A DNA stretch of 62,790 nt, the filler included, from Choristocarpus tenellus KU-1152 (taxonomy: Eukaryota; Protista; Phaeophyceae): NCBI GenBank assembly GCA_964200185.2. It is 10 parts of 10 records of this genome, joined end to end, with 100 filler letters (N's around TTAATTAATTAA, not from the genome) between each part and the next. Parts side by side here need not be neighbours in the genome. Positions count along the whole stretch, not along the records: positions 1 to 3,596 come from CAXNAD020019048.1; positions 3,697 to 14,929 come from CAXNAD020002439.1; 8 more parts are not named here. One strand, 5' to 3'. How positions within the stretch are numbered: the first letter of the stretch is position 1; each line of letters opens with the position of its first letter. The position numbers and the translations under genes are program-made. The notes beneath the pieces were generated by a model. It was not told the DNA's origin and ran no database searches. It saw nothing but the letters and a program-made list of their open reading frames with translations. This document shows, in pieces, positions 1 to 11,899 of the stretch.

Positions 1-178
1 GGCTAAAGGGGGGGGGGGGGGGGGGGGGGGTCTGCACCAGGGTGTCCATTTGGGCCCTGACCAGGAGGAGTGAACTTACGTTATCCATCCGATGCATACA
101 ACTGTATCACACAAGATTGCGATATGGAAAAATGGGCATCAAGTGGACATCCGTCACCCCCCATAGATACTTTGAGTC
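1..178 (+). mobile_element. MITE family B (about 180 bp, poly-G/C ends)
   Basis: Poly-G, then TCTGCACCAGGGTGTCCATTTGG...AGATACTTTGAGTC. Homologous to 41394-41573. Confidence 0.85.
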
Positions 179-2549
179 TACTATTACTGAGAAGTACCAT
201 GTACTACAGATAGTTACGTTTGTAGAAGTGCAATCAGCGTCCCATCTGCCCCACCCATCCACAAGCAATGGTGTACATGTTGCTGTAGCTGAGGTGCGAA
301 AGAGCACCCACTACAAGGGATTTTTTGACCCTCGTAGTTACAACCTCAACACCTTGGCAGTGGCAAGTTTTGACCGCCTTGGTAAGCAACCAGAAAGTTT
401 TCTGGGTGAGCCAGTAACGCACACGGTAGGGGGAAGAGGGACAGGAGGCTACAGCAGGAACAGGGTGGTCAAATCCCGTCCACACCAGATAGTCTCAGTC
501 ACAACGAAAGTTGCCCTATCTAGACGAGTCATGCATTTTAAGCTGGAGGCACCAGGGAGATGGGCAAGGAGGGGCTTGTTAGATTCTTGGGATGCTTCCC
601 TAGCTCCTCACCCTGGGGTGCAGGGACTAAGCTAGGTTGGAGGCACAGGAAGGCAGTGGTGCACCATAGCTGGTAGCAAAATATTAAATAAATTAATGTC
701 TTTCACATTTACGACAACGGTTACTTTTTTAGGGATTTTTCTGACATGTGAATAGTTTTCATTGGTTTTTCCCCTGATCCATCTCCAAAATTTCAGAGGG
801 CATAACAATAAAAATATAACAGATATATTATTATGCCCTCTGAATATAGATCAGTTTGTATGGTTCAGTCACAGATTTGAACAGCATGGTACGGTATATA
901 TCCCAAAAGCAAGCATTGAGTTTAGATCATATTCTTCAGACTATTATACTTCCAACGGTATTGCCATGATATGGAACATTTGTGTTTACTGCTTAATTTT
1001 TTACGGTACATGTGCGGAAGTTCTGGAAATTCCACAGTAAATTAAGTCAGATTCTTTATCACGGTATCCATTCCATGACGAGCCTTGGCATTTTATTGGT
1101 TTGACTCACGACCTGGTCCAGTTAAAGACATTAAAGGCACCACATCCACATTTTTTCCAGGGTCAACCCATTGTCTGGTCCAGCCTTGAGCTCTAAAATG
1201 TTCACATAGACCATCCATGCTAACAGTGTGGATTTCTTTACTCCTCCTGCCTACTAAAACTCCATGATCCACACAAAGGGAAGGTGGAAACACCTTTTTG
1301 TACTGGTGTCCATCATGATCTTTTTGACATGGTTTTTTCTTCTCTTTTGAATATTCTTTGTGGTTGTTATGTATCGGCTCATGTTTTATCCAAAGGAATC
1401 GAGGGAGGTGCTATTGGACCTTGACACTCTTCCTATAGTGTGTAACAGATTGCTGCATGGTACATCAAAGTAGGTAGACATCTGGATGTGGCTGACTATA
1501 TTCGGTTTTTCTTCCTGTTCTTTTGTGTTATATTTTTGTCTTGTATATGAATTTATTTTTATGTTCCTCCATTTCTTTGTTTTATTACTGTATATTATAT
1601 CTCAATTTTTTTTGTGATGGAATTTTTTATTGTTCTTTTTGTCTTTGATTGGTAATGACTTCTATATTGGTCTCTTCTCCATGATAACTGCTACAAAATT
1701 GTTGAGCATAATGGACTTAACATGTGAATTATCAATCAGTATGTACTAGTACACAGATAGTAAGTTCCCATATGCCGCTTCATTTTCATTACAGGCAGTA
1801 GGCTATATAGAGATTAGAGAATATTATATTGTGCAATAGATCCTGGTGAGAAGACGACTCACGATCCATAATCATAATGACGTGCCTGCTCACATAAACA
1901 ATTATTATAAATTAGTACATAACAATACTCTGGAGTATCAATTATTATTTTCTTGAGAATTCCGTGGATGTCCTTGCCATCGTACATGTATCATTTCAGA
2001 AGGAACCAGTTAGTGGGAATATGGCGATGGCTTCTGTAGTTTTTACCCAAATTGGATAAAAAGATATACATAGTGAACGCTGAGGGCAACGGTTATTTGA
2101 TGGTATGCATAGAAAATTGAATCTCGATATAGGAGTATATGGTATGAAGCTATTGCAGGGTTTTTGAGATTGTTGGAATGGGATGGAAATTACACATTGC
2201 TGGGAAAAACTGTGATATTTGAATGCAAGGCATGAAAACGAAGATAGCATAGATATTTGGTTATGGTCATGGCCAGAAAAATATTACCTCTAAATATATT
2301 TCTGCATTTTACCGTCTGGGACTGATCTTCCAGTCCTCCTTGTTTTGGATTGATATTTGAGTCAGTGAAGAATCGAAGCAATGGATAAAGTGTTTTGTGC
2401 TCACAAAGGCTCATCATGTCTCTAAGTTTCAACACGGGCTGCTATGTCTCCATCCACCTCCTGCTCTTCATCGTTCTCCTATTTTTTATATTATCAATCT
2501 CCAACACCTGGGGGGTGTCCCTCAGCTCACTCTTTTCATGTTCCTCAAT

Positions 2550-2801
2550 GAGTGAAAGTATCTTAGAGGGTACGAGTTTTGCCCTGTTTGTCCATTTGGG
2601 GCTTGGTTTTCCACGTTTTTCTTTATGGCATTTTCCTAATCCAAATGTTTCGAAGGAGATAAACCTATACATTATGAAAAGGTGTGCCTGGAACAAGGAT
2701 AATGACACTTCCTGACAAACATGATAGACAAAATTACATCAAAATCGCAATATTGGATTTTGGCCCCCAAATGGACGCAGCTCTACCCTCTACTTTGACT
2801 C
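2550..2801 (+). mobile_element. MITE family A (about 255 bp)
   Basis: Termini GAGTGAAAGTATCTTAGAGGGTA and TACCCTCTACTTTGACTC, flanks caat/aaat. Homologous to the other A copies. Confidence 0.9.
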
Positions 2802-3596
2802 AAATTTGCCTTCAGTTTCAAGGTCTTGATCGTCGGGGAACGTTTGCCAACTTCATGCAAAGCCAGCAACTCGACCTTCTTCTTCCCCTTTCACATATTT
2901 GGTCCCCACGGCCACATTCTTTTCAGACTTGTGCTTCCCCATGATTCAGTCTATTGCAAAGTCCTCAGAACCCCAATTGTGATACCCCTTTATGAATTCA
3001 CTTGTTGTATCTTGTGAACGGTTTTTGAACTGTGTGAATCAGAGACTGTAGGGTACCATGCACAGTTCCCAGCTACTACATCAGAATCCGTTGCTTCGTT
3101 GGATTTCAACAGGTCAAGAGTATCCCCAACCCAATCGGACCTTCCCCAAACCAACACTCGACGTCTAGGCGCCACTGTGCAACCACTAGGACTCCCCTGT
3201 ACACAAAAAATAAACCTGCAGAACGCCAAGATCCTAGTGGTTGCATCTATTCTGATCTTTCCAGTGCACTACCCATCGTTGATTGGATGCGAGGGCTTCA
3301 CTACTAGCGGTGATACAGCAAAGAGTGACATTACAAAAAATGAACAGCAGTAGCCTACAAACCGATTTTTTATTCCTATTAATTGTAATAGCTCCTTCCG
3401 TTTTAGTACGCCAAAATGGTAGTATGACACGCATGAATAGATTCATGTAACTATGATTCTGTTGATGACAGTGGCCAGTTTCTCTTAAACACTATCCAAT
3501 TGCCATGTAATGCTCAAGTCTATTTGTTACAGGCGCCCCTCAATGCTCACCTTCCAGGATGTAACACTCAAATCCAATTCCCAGATTATCGAACGT

Positions 3597-3696
3597 NNNN
3601 NNNNNNNNNNNNNNNNNNNNNNNNNNNNNNNNNNNNNNNNTTAATTAATTAANNNNNNNNNNNNNNNNNNNNNNNNNNNNNNNNNNNNNNNNNNNN
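3597..3696. other. Assembly spacer (N44-TTAATTAATTAA-N44); also at 14930, 17591, 21463, 28606, 32721, 36829, 50410 and 59141
   Basis: Nine identical 100-bp spacers, each with a six-frame stop linker. Confidence 0.97.
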
Positions 3697-4468
3697 CCCC
3701 CCAGATACTTTGGGTCTGTTGTCGTGCATTCTACACTCTCTGGTCCTGATGATTGTGAGCACTACTTCCTCTGTTCAACACCAGCTTGAACAGTTTGCAG
3801 GGCAGGCCTTGAATGCACACGAGGTATAATACGTTTTGTTAGTTTTGTGGGGGTCTTGCTGATATCCCAGTGTGATGTTACCCTAAAATCGCTCTGAAAT
3901 CATACTTAGCCTACCCATTCCACGCTGCCTACTACAAAGCCGCAAGAAATGTGGCATCTTTTCTAACTCATGCAATCTGTTCAAACTGATGATGCTTAAC
4001 AGAGGAAGAATATGTGAAAAAATTATATACACACACATATATATATATTAGTGGGTAAAGTATCCTCCATAGATGACGCACATCCCTGACTCTTCTCTGC
4101 CCTGTGAACCTGCAGCTTAGCATGACAATATTTTTTACCCAGCTTTCTCACACCATTATCATATTATACAAGAGCACCACCGATTCAAATACATACGTAG
4201 AACGATGCTTAAAATAAAATCGTCCGTTCCTTTCCTTCCTTCCCATCAACAATGGAGATGAGGAGGGTTAAGAGACCCTCGGGACTCTCTTGAGAACATC
4301 GGATTGTGGCGGACTAGGTTTGGGACAAATTTTATACATGAAATGACAAGGGTCTGAATATTAGCGTGAGATGCTGGGGAAGGGGAGGATCAATGTGAAC
4401 CAAAAAGATGAGACCATTTTGGAGTGGCACAAAGCCAGGGGCCAACCATTCTCTGCCCCTCGATTGTT

Positions 4469-4875
4469 TTAGCTATCAAGCAAGGAAAGAGCATCATCAA
4501 AGAAGTCCCCACCACTTCGCTTATACTCCAGAGCGGATTTTATTGCTTCATCAAAGACCTGCGACACAGTTGTTGTGAAAAAAGGTGTAGTTGGGAAGAG
4601 TGGACAGCAGAGCAAAAAACGGAGGTGTTATGAATCAATTTGTTATATGAGTGATACTTTATTTGACCCCTTTTTTTTTACAGTAATTAATTATCAGAAG
4701 GTGCTTGAGGTTTGCTGAACATCAAATGGTACATAATGCTGAGAGGTGATACGGCCCCCCTGCTGGTGAGTTACCCCACCGGAGAATTTTTATCCCAAGG
4801 TACTACTCTTAATTGCACACTCTTTTCACACTACAGGACACACTACCTTGTTGTGGTACATCTGAGCAGCTTTTT

Positions 4876-4909
<34 letters not shown>

Positions 4910-7900
4910 ACACACACGCACACGCACATGCACACGCACACACACATGTGACAGTCCATTACAATAAATTTGCAGAGAGGAGCGGCCTACCCTGGTGCCT
5001 TAGCCTTGAAAAAGGAGTCCATATGCGCTGACCGCACAACCCAGACCCTCCTTCTCTCTGCCCTCCTCCAACTCACGAAAATCATCCCTGGGCCAAGGAT
5101 TGGAGCTCTCGAGGTGATTTCTTAGATTTTTTATTGACTTCAATAACTCGAATTAGCCTTCGCCCGAAAAAAGTCCATAGTATCCATACAGATTGAGCAT
5201 AGAACTTGGTTGGGCATTCATTAACCCTCTTGCATAGTGTATCCTCTGCAAAGGAAGGGCGAGATGCCAGCCCTTGGCCCAGTAGGCTTCATTATCATCC
5301 ACTCCTTCACACACTTCACTTTCTGCTGCTCAGTTCTAAGCTCAGTGTGGGTCATATCAGGTTCTGGGTCATTTCCATCCCACCATTGGCCTTCCTTTCC
5401 ACCACCCTCCACATGTGGGAGAGCATATCCGACAAATGGAGTCAACATGATACTCATGATCTATGGTCTAGGTATTCACCCCCCCGCCGCCCTGAAAATA
5501 TCTAAGCATCAATCATGACTTATGCAATCACAGCAGTGCTTAGAGAGTTTCTTTATGTCGACCACACAATCAGAGGTAGAAAAAATGGATCAACCCCATG
5601 CAGTTCACAACACCGAAAGACAGAGTATAGCTGTCAAGAAAGAAGGATAAAAATCGAGGAGCACGGCAGTTGTTGGGCAAGGTTGAATCTTATTTGCACT
5701 TTGCTTCAGTAGTCATAGTCCTCGAATACAAAACCTCTTAGCATCAGAAGCAAAAACTTCTTCACACAATGCCCTGAGAATGGGGAAGACCTAAATTTTG
5801 ATTGGACAACCAACGAGCAAGTAGCAATGCTGATCAAACACTGAGAGACAGGCACAGAGTGCACACTAGTGTACCAGAGTACATTGTGCACTTAGGGATA
5901 TCAGCACAGCCGACTGCAAGTAGACTCAAGACCCAACTATGTATTGATACATTACGAGCAGGGTTGAGGTAATAGTAGAGGCTTGATGGTGCAAGCAAGG
6001 GTGCTTCTCCTTTTCATGTGTGCTGAATGTTCAGTCACTGACCTTGACCACATTAGTTCCATCGGCAGCAGACACGAAGAAGAAGGGCAGGTCGTGCTGA
6101 GAGGCAAACTTGAAGCCCTTCTTTGTCACCTGGATCCCCGGGGTTGTTGTTGCCATTAATGAATCATGGCATGTGGGTGCAGTGTTCAAAATTGGAAAGA
6201 TTGAGGTCAAGACATAACTAAATGAAGTGTGAGAGGCAGGGAGTGATCAGGAAGGGATACAGGATCGTGTAGTAGTAGATGTATCTAAATATCTACAGCA
6301 TTTTTAGTGAAGATCTCATCACAAAAAGTGCCATGTCACCGAAAAAAATGGATCACACACTGTTGTCTTATTTGAGATGCTGTGGTCTCTTCAGCGAGGA
6401 GAAGAGGTCCTGTCAGATGTATTTTGTATGAAACATTTTCCGGTCAGCTCAGAAATAGAGCAAGCTCAAGGCCTGTGGCGCATCTGTGCACCATCTCCCC
6501 CACTACTCCCTCAACCACCCAGAAGAACAAAGCAATGAAAATCCGTTGTCTGGGAGATGTAGGTGCTCACATTGTAGTCCACATCGATCTTGTTGGCAAC
6601 AACTATGCATGGAATCTTCTCACAGTACTGTCGGAGCTCACAGTACCAATCAGAGAGGTGCTTGTATGTTGACTTTCTTGTCACATCAAAAATCAGGACA
6701 CATGCCTGAGCCCGGTAGTAGTAGGATGGGTGCATGCTGCTGAAACGCTCCTGTCCAGCAGTGTCCCAGAAATCTTGAAGCAATGGAGGATTGGGCGCAG
6801 TGGCAAGAGGGAAATGGTTTCAGTGTCTTCTAGCATGCTTCTCTTTCAGCCCATCCCATGTACCTGTCAGCAGACAGGATAATTGGTATGGTATGTATCA
6901 AGGAGCACAACTGCAGGGGCATATATCCAGTCAACTCTAGACAAAGGGCTTTGTAACCATCTTGTCATCCACTTGGAAATGTCATCTTGTTTTGGAGATT
7001 CTTGATTCAAGCACATCAAAGGACAGAGATGCTCGGCTATGTAGCTACAAGCCTGAGCATTGACATAATTTGATTCAATAAACACAACATGAGACCCTCA
7101 TTGAGTCTCTTGACAAGGTTCAATGAAACAATTAAATGCGAAGTACCCAGAGTTGCATTCTTAAGGATGCTGACAATTTAATACAAAATTCGTCTTTTTG
7201 TAGAAACACGTATAGGAACTCTTCTGAATTTTGTGTCGGAGTATTTCAAACAATGTAGAAATCAATGTTCTCAAGTCAATCTTAGCACTTTATCCATAGA
7301 AATATGAGTGAGTAGTAGCAAGTATGAAAAAGTAGCATAAAACGAAAAGTAGCCAAAGCTCATGTACCTCTCGTTCACATTGACTCTATGTGATTGACGT
7401 TTGTTGCAATGTTGTCAGATTTGTCGCAGCTTACTTGCTTGAAGTAGTTTGAGCTCTTGATGCCTTGGCAACTGAAGGTAGTTGTGTCATTCCACAGCCA
7501 CGATATGTTTTTTCTTAAAGACTTCACCCCACTTTCGTATAAGGTCTCATCCAAGAGTCTTGTGCCAACTATCCGTTTCATTTTTTTAAAGAGCAAACAG
7601 CAATGGTGCAATTCAACATTTAACTGCTGCCATCACAAAGAAGTAACCCAATAGAGCTTAAGTGTTCCTTTAGAGTAACACACCACGTACAACATGTGAA
7701 GTGCAAAAAATCCACCACGAAACCTTAACACATTAGAAGAATAGTTCGAAGTAATTAATGTAAACAAATGCTTCTTCACACTACCACCAAAACCAACCCA
7801 AATCTACTGTTCCCCGCCTGTGAATCTCAAACTGACTTACCAACTTTGGCTTCCGTACCATCCTCCAGTTTTGCATTTTTGCGAAACAGGGTTAGGGCAA

Positions 7901-8926
7901 AAGTGGAGAGTTGACGTGGGTTGTATTCGTCCATGAGGAACCTTTCCATCAGCTTGGATTTCCCCACTGCAGAGTCACCCAGTAGGATGATCTATTGGGG
8001 TTTGACAGGGTGAAAATATTATTATTATCCTTCTGAAAATCGCAGGAAGGAAGAGTAGGTTAATGGTCCTGAAGACTTTCCAGAGGATGCGTAAAGCTCT
8101 ACAGAGCATGCATATCATACTCTATTTTATATTTGCGCCCTCCACATACGCAGCAGATGACACCTTGTTTCTACCATCAGTGTATTGCACCAAAAGTTCT
8201 TTACTACCTTTCCATATCTCTCCACCAAGTGATTGACTGGGCAGTTAGTACTCTTCCCTGGACCATCTATAGACTCCATCGTAGCATAATGGCAACAAAT
8301 CTTGGTTAGTATTATATTGTGCAGGGAAGAAGAAATTATCCCATTAAAAAGGGAAGATGAAGAAGTGCAGTACGAGGGTAGCATATATGCTCGTAGTACC
8401 CTTGACATAATCTCAGCAAGGCATCTACTTAGGTTAACCCTTTCCCCTTTCCTGCCTCGACAAAACCCAACCAACTGCACTCACATCATTACTCTCTTGC
8501 CCCAGAGACGAGATGTCTAGCTTCAGAGCCAACTACTTGACTAGAGAACTGCTCACAATAATTTGAATTGTTGGTGGTCGCCAACCTCGCAAAGACAGCA
8601 GAGTAACGCTCTCTGCCTCCTTTTCCTCGACTTGGTGATACTAGTCCTCAGAAAGATCAGACTAGTTCAGGTGAAGGTGTGATAATATAGAGACTACCTA
8701 GGCACGCTGGGATGATACTCTATCATGACTACTCTAGCATTTCAGCTGGAGCAAACTGAGGACTAGGACTTCAATGGGCTAAATATAGGACCCTAGAGAG
8801 AGAAAACAAGTTAACTTGACTTCGCGTATATCCAGGAACAACCAACAAGCCACAGACTTCTACCTTTATGTCTGAGTCCTCCAGTTCATCTTCTTTCGCT
8901 TCCCTTTCAATCCTCTTATCCTCCAT
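4469..8926 (-). CDS. RABL2: Rab-like protein 2 (ciliary/IFT small GTPase), 5 exons, 197 aa, complete
   Basis: Exons 8926-8864, 7991-7841, 6773-6571, 6129-6043 and 4558-4469 all have GT-AG boundaries and consistent phase (594 nt). The protein reads MEDKRIE...IKIILLGDSAVGKSKLMERFLMDEYNPRQLSTFALTLF...VDFWDTAGQERFSSMHPSYYYRAQACVLIFDVTRKSTYKHL...VVANKIDVDYNVTKKGF...FVSAADGTNVVKVFDEAIK...LLDS*. The G1/G3/G4/G5 motifs, the 'SMHPSYY' signature and the lack of a C-terminal prenylation Cys fit RABL2. Confidence 0.96.
4876..4946 (+). repeat. (CA)n/(CACG) microsatellite in RABL2 intron 4
   Basis: Read directly from the sequence. Confidence 0.95.
7125..7386 (+). mobile_element. MITE family C, diverged, in RABL2 intron 2
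   Basis: GTACCCAGAGTTGCATT...TCTCAAGTCAATCTTAG...GTACCTCTCGTTCACATTGACTC. Confidence 0.8.
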
Positions 8927-9236
8927 TCCCACTCTACCCAACCCAGTCAGAAGGACAGAAATCTCTCGGAGAACTTTCAGCTTTTCCTATGATGTGATAC
9001 AGGTTTCTTAAAGGGGTTTCCTGTGCAAGGATGATGTGTAACGCCTTCCACCGGCTCTTTCTTTGCATGACGTCTTTATTACACCCTATCTCTTACAACG
9101 TTTTTTGTTGGATCATCGTCACTTTGTTACAAATGGTTGAGTGAATCAAGTCTTGCGCTGTTTCCTGTCACCAGCCTTCCTTCACCTTGCCAGCATAAGC
9201 TGTTTGTCTGACAGCCATTATCATTAATCGAGGAGC
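8927..9236. promoter_or_regulatory. Probable bidirectional promoter/5'UTR region between RABL2 and the iota-CA gene
   Basis: The two ATGs (8926 minus, 9237 plus) diverge and are only 310 bp apart within one gap-free contig. No specific motif was identified. Confidence 0.55.
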
Positions 9237-10803
9237 ATGGGACGAACGGCGCCATGGACAGTCACTTGGCTATGCTATGTGGCATCTTGTGGACACGTTA
9301 GGGCCTTTGTCTTTCCCGGGTCATTGAAAACACCCTCAGGTGAAGAGCATATCAACCAAGCTCTCTATCACTCTTTTCTAAAGAGTACTGTTTCGCCTAT
9401 GCCTGGTATCACTCCAGTGTTTTAGTGGTTCGTAGAGATCCTGCCCGCTGTCTACTACTGTGCGTATCAGACCCGTCTTTTATCTATTGGCACGTGTGAA
9501 CCAATCCTACCCCACCTATCCGCGATGATGCCTCCCATGCATTTCTACCCCTTATCAACTTCCTTGTCTCATCTTTTCCAGTCGCTCCAACGACAAGCTT
9601 GAAGTCTCAAGCCCGATGCCGTATTCAACCGACGGCCTTGTCGACCTCCTCATTCTCAAGGGACGAAATTCTACGGCAGGTCGGTGCAACTGTGTTTGGG
9701 GTTTCGTTGGGATTGAATCCAATGTTGGTGGAGGGTGCTCCCGTGGATACCTCCACATCTGGCGCGGCAGTAACAGGACAAGGTGAGAAGAGCAAGTCAG
9801 CATTCGATACCCAGTGATGTCAATCGCTGAAGACCATCATCGTGCTCGTTAACGCCTGCATCCTCACATCCGATGGAGCATATGATACCCAATCCTGCTC
9901 GCCTCAGACGCGTTTTTCCTATCTTGGGTTTATATATTTATTTCCTTTTATTCACTTCGGGGATTGCTATCAACAGACAGGTCGATGGTCCTTGCGACGA
10001 CTGACATCTGGCGTGACACTGTCACATCCCAGACTCCCAACGCTCCGAAAGCAACAGCGGCACTGTATGCGCCGGACGCTGTTCTATGGGGTACTGTATC
10101 CGAGGAAGTTCGAGACACACCAGAAGAAATTCTGGACTACTTCGTGAGTGGATGTTATTTGGTCGAAACCGATGTAGGAATGAACTGCCTCTGGATTCTT
10201 CGTGTTTGGACCCCACTTCCCCAGTGCCTGGTCTGTTGTGCTATCTAGTTTTAGTTTTCCCTTCATCTTGTTGACTCGAGCTACTGGGAATTTTTAGTTG
10301 TGGGCACCACAATAGTTGTCCTCTATGAAGACTAAAGTTGAGTGTAAAGAAACAGGAATATCATTAAAGAATGGAGGGTTACTAATCAAGCTTAATGCAG
10401 GCCAACCAAATTTAAAAAAAAATACTTTTTTTGTCGATTATAAAGAGCTCCACAGCAGTAACTAAGTTTAATCCCCCCCCTCCCGCCATAAAGCCTACTA
10501 ACCCCAGCAATCCCACAACCTAAATTCCCACAACCCGTTCAGGAGTACTTTGCATGCCTACCAGGGTTGTCACTGATAGAATACAACCCGGTTGCAGTAC
10601 GCGTTTACGGTGACTTTGCCACAAATGTGGGTACCTACACTTTTGCATGGACGGGGGAGGGGGGGGAAAAGAAGGAGAAGCGGGCACGTTATAGCTTTAC
10701 GTACCGTCGGGACCCCAACTGCCTCACTGGGTGGGCAATGGTTGAGCACCACTCCTCAGCAATGCCAGTCTCTCCTCCTGCACTTAAGCACGCTCGAAGC
10801 TAG
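9237..10803 (+). CDS. Iota-class carbonic anhydrase (LCIP63/COG4875, SgcJ/EcaC NTF2-like fold), single domain, plastid-targeted; 4 exons, 243 aa
   Basis: Exons 9237-9339, 9582-9782, 9977-10143 and 10543-10803 are GT-AG and in phase (732 nt). The mature domain ...AALYAPDAVLWGTVSEEVRDTPEEILDYFEYF...GTYTF...RARYSFTY...WAMVEHHSSAMP carries the YAPDAVL-x-xTVS, ARYSF and HHSS motifs of iota-CAs. The N-terminus is a signal peptide ending VRA-FVFP (ASAFAP-like) followed by a Ser/Thr/Arg-rich transit peptide. Confidence 0.9.
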
Positions 10804-11899
10804 CTATTCTGGACAGAAATTTTTTTGGTATGGGAAGGACAATTTTTCTGGTTGTGTGGAGACGGCAGATGTATGTTTTTAGTAGCAATTTTGACTTAAG
10901 GTGAATGTCTCAACTTTGCTGCCATGACATCCTGCCACATTGTCACCCTAAATGGTGGAGTTGAAATCGGAGGTAGAGGGGAACCAACGATTAGAGAAGT
11001 TTCGCTGGTGGGGGGGTCCAGTGATTGACATGCCCACCCCCACTCAGCTTTTGCACATTGCTCCTGTACATGTTGAAGCTAGCTGGTGTGTATGACAAAC
11101 AATGACTTGTCTTTAGTGCTTGTCATAAGTACCATAGGAACACAAGGACTGCCAAACCTTTTAGTCTTGCTAAGTGGTTATATTTTAGTGGAGATTGCTT
11201 TCCTTCTGTTGAAAATGATTTTTTCTACAAATATATATATATATATATTATATATATATATATATGTGTGTATGTAGAAAGAGAGCTGCAAAAAATGTAC
11301 CCTTTCTCTTTATACTCGTTTTTTTGAGTATCTGTTTTGCTCGTCTAGACAAGAATCAAAGGATAGGATGAACTCCTCGAGGCCTTGGATTAGAATGGAC
11401 CAGATGGGAGTTACCTCTCCCTTCCTTGCTTTACCACGGATTTTTGTCAATTTTAAAGTGCCTGAGCAAAGGGGGGGTGGGGAAGAGCATTAAAAATAAA
11501 AATGTTTTTGGTGTTTATGTGCGTACTTGCCAATGCGTTTGCTTGCGTTCATGTGTGCGGCGCGATTGTGCTGTGAGAATTTCTTGAAATGAAAAGACTG
11601 ATGGAGAGAGGCATAAAAAGGTGTGGAAAATATCTCACACATGCTTCCTGTATTTTCTTTTCTTTTGTGAAATTGATTGCTGTGCTCCAAGGACAAACAC
11701 TATTTGTTTATTATTAATTGAAAAAAAAGTACGCGAGAAAAAGGATACAAGTAAGAATCCCTTACCGTTGCTTCTGTTGGGGTCTTGAACACCTCCCCCC
11801 CCTTCCTTCCCTGTACGTGACTGCACCATTGATGTGCTCTATTGATGTGTACTCCCCACTGCGACTGTGACTGGAGGTAGAAACAACGATGGTTTTGTC

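Noticed and set aside
42-635. 197-aa plus-strand ORF and the many ORFs containing 'KYLGG', 'PQIL' or 'ESILEG'
   Set aside because: They start in or run through MITE sequence and show no recognisable domain.
3641-3652. Recurrent TTAATTAATTAA motif
   Set aside because: It always lies in the centre of an N run, so it is an artificial six-frame stop linker.
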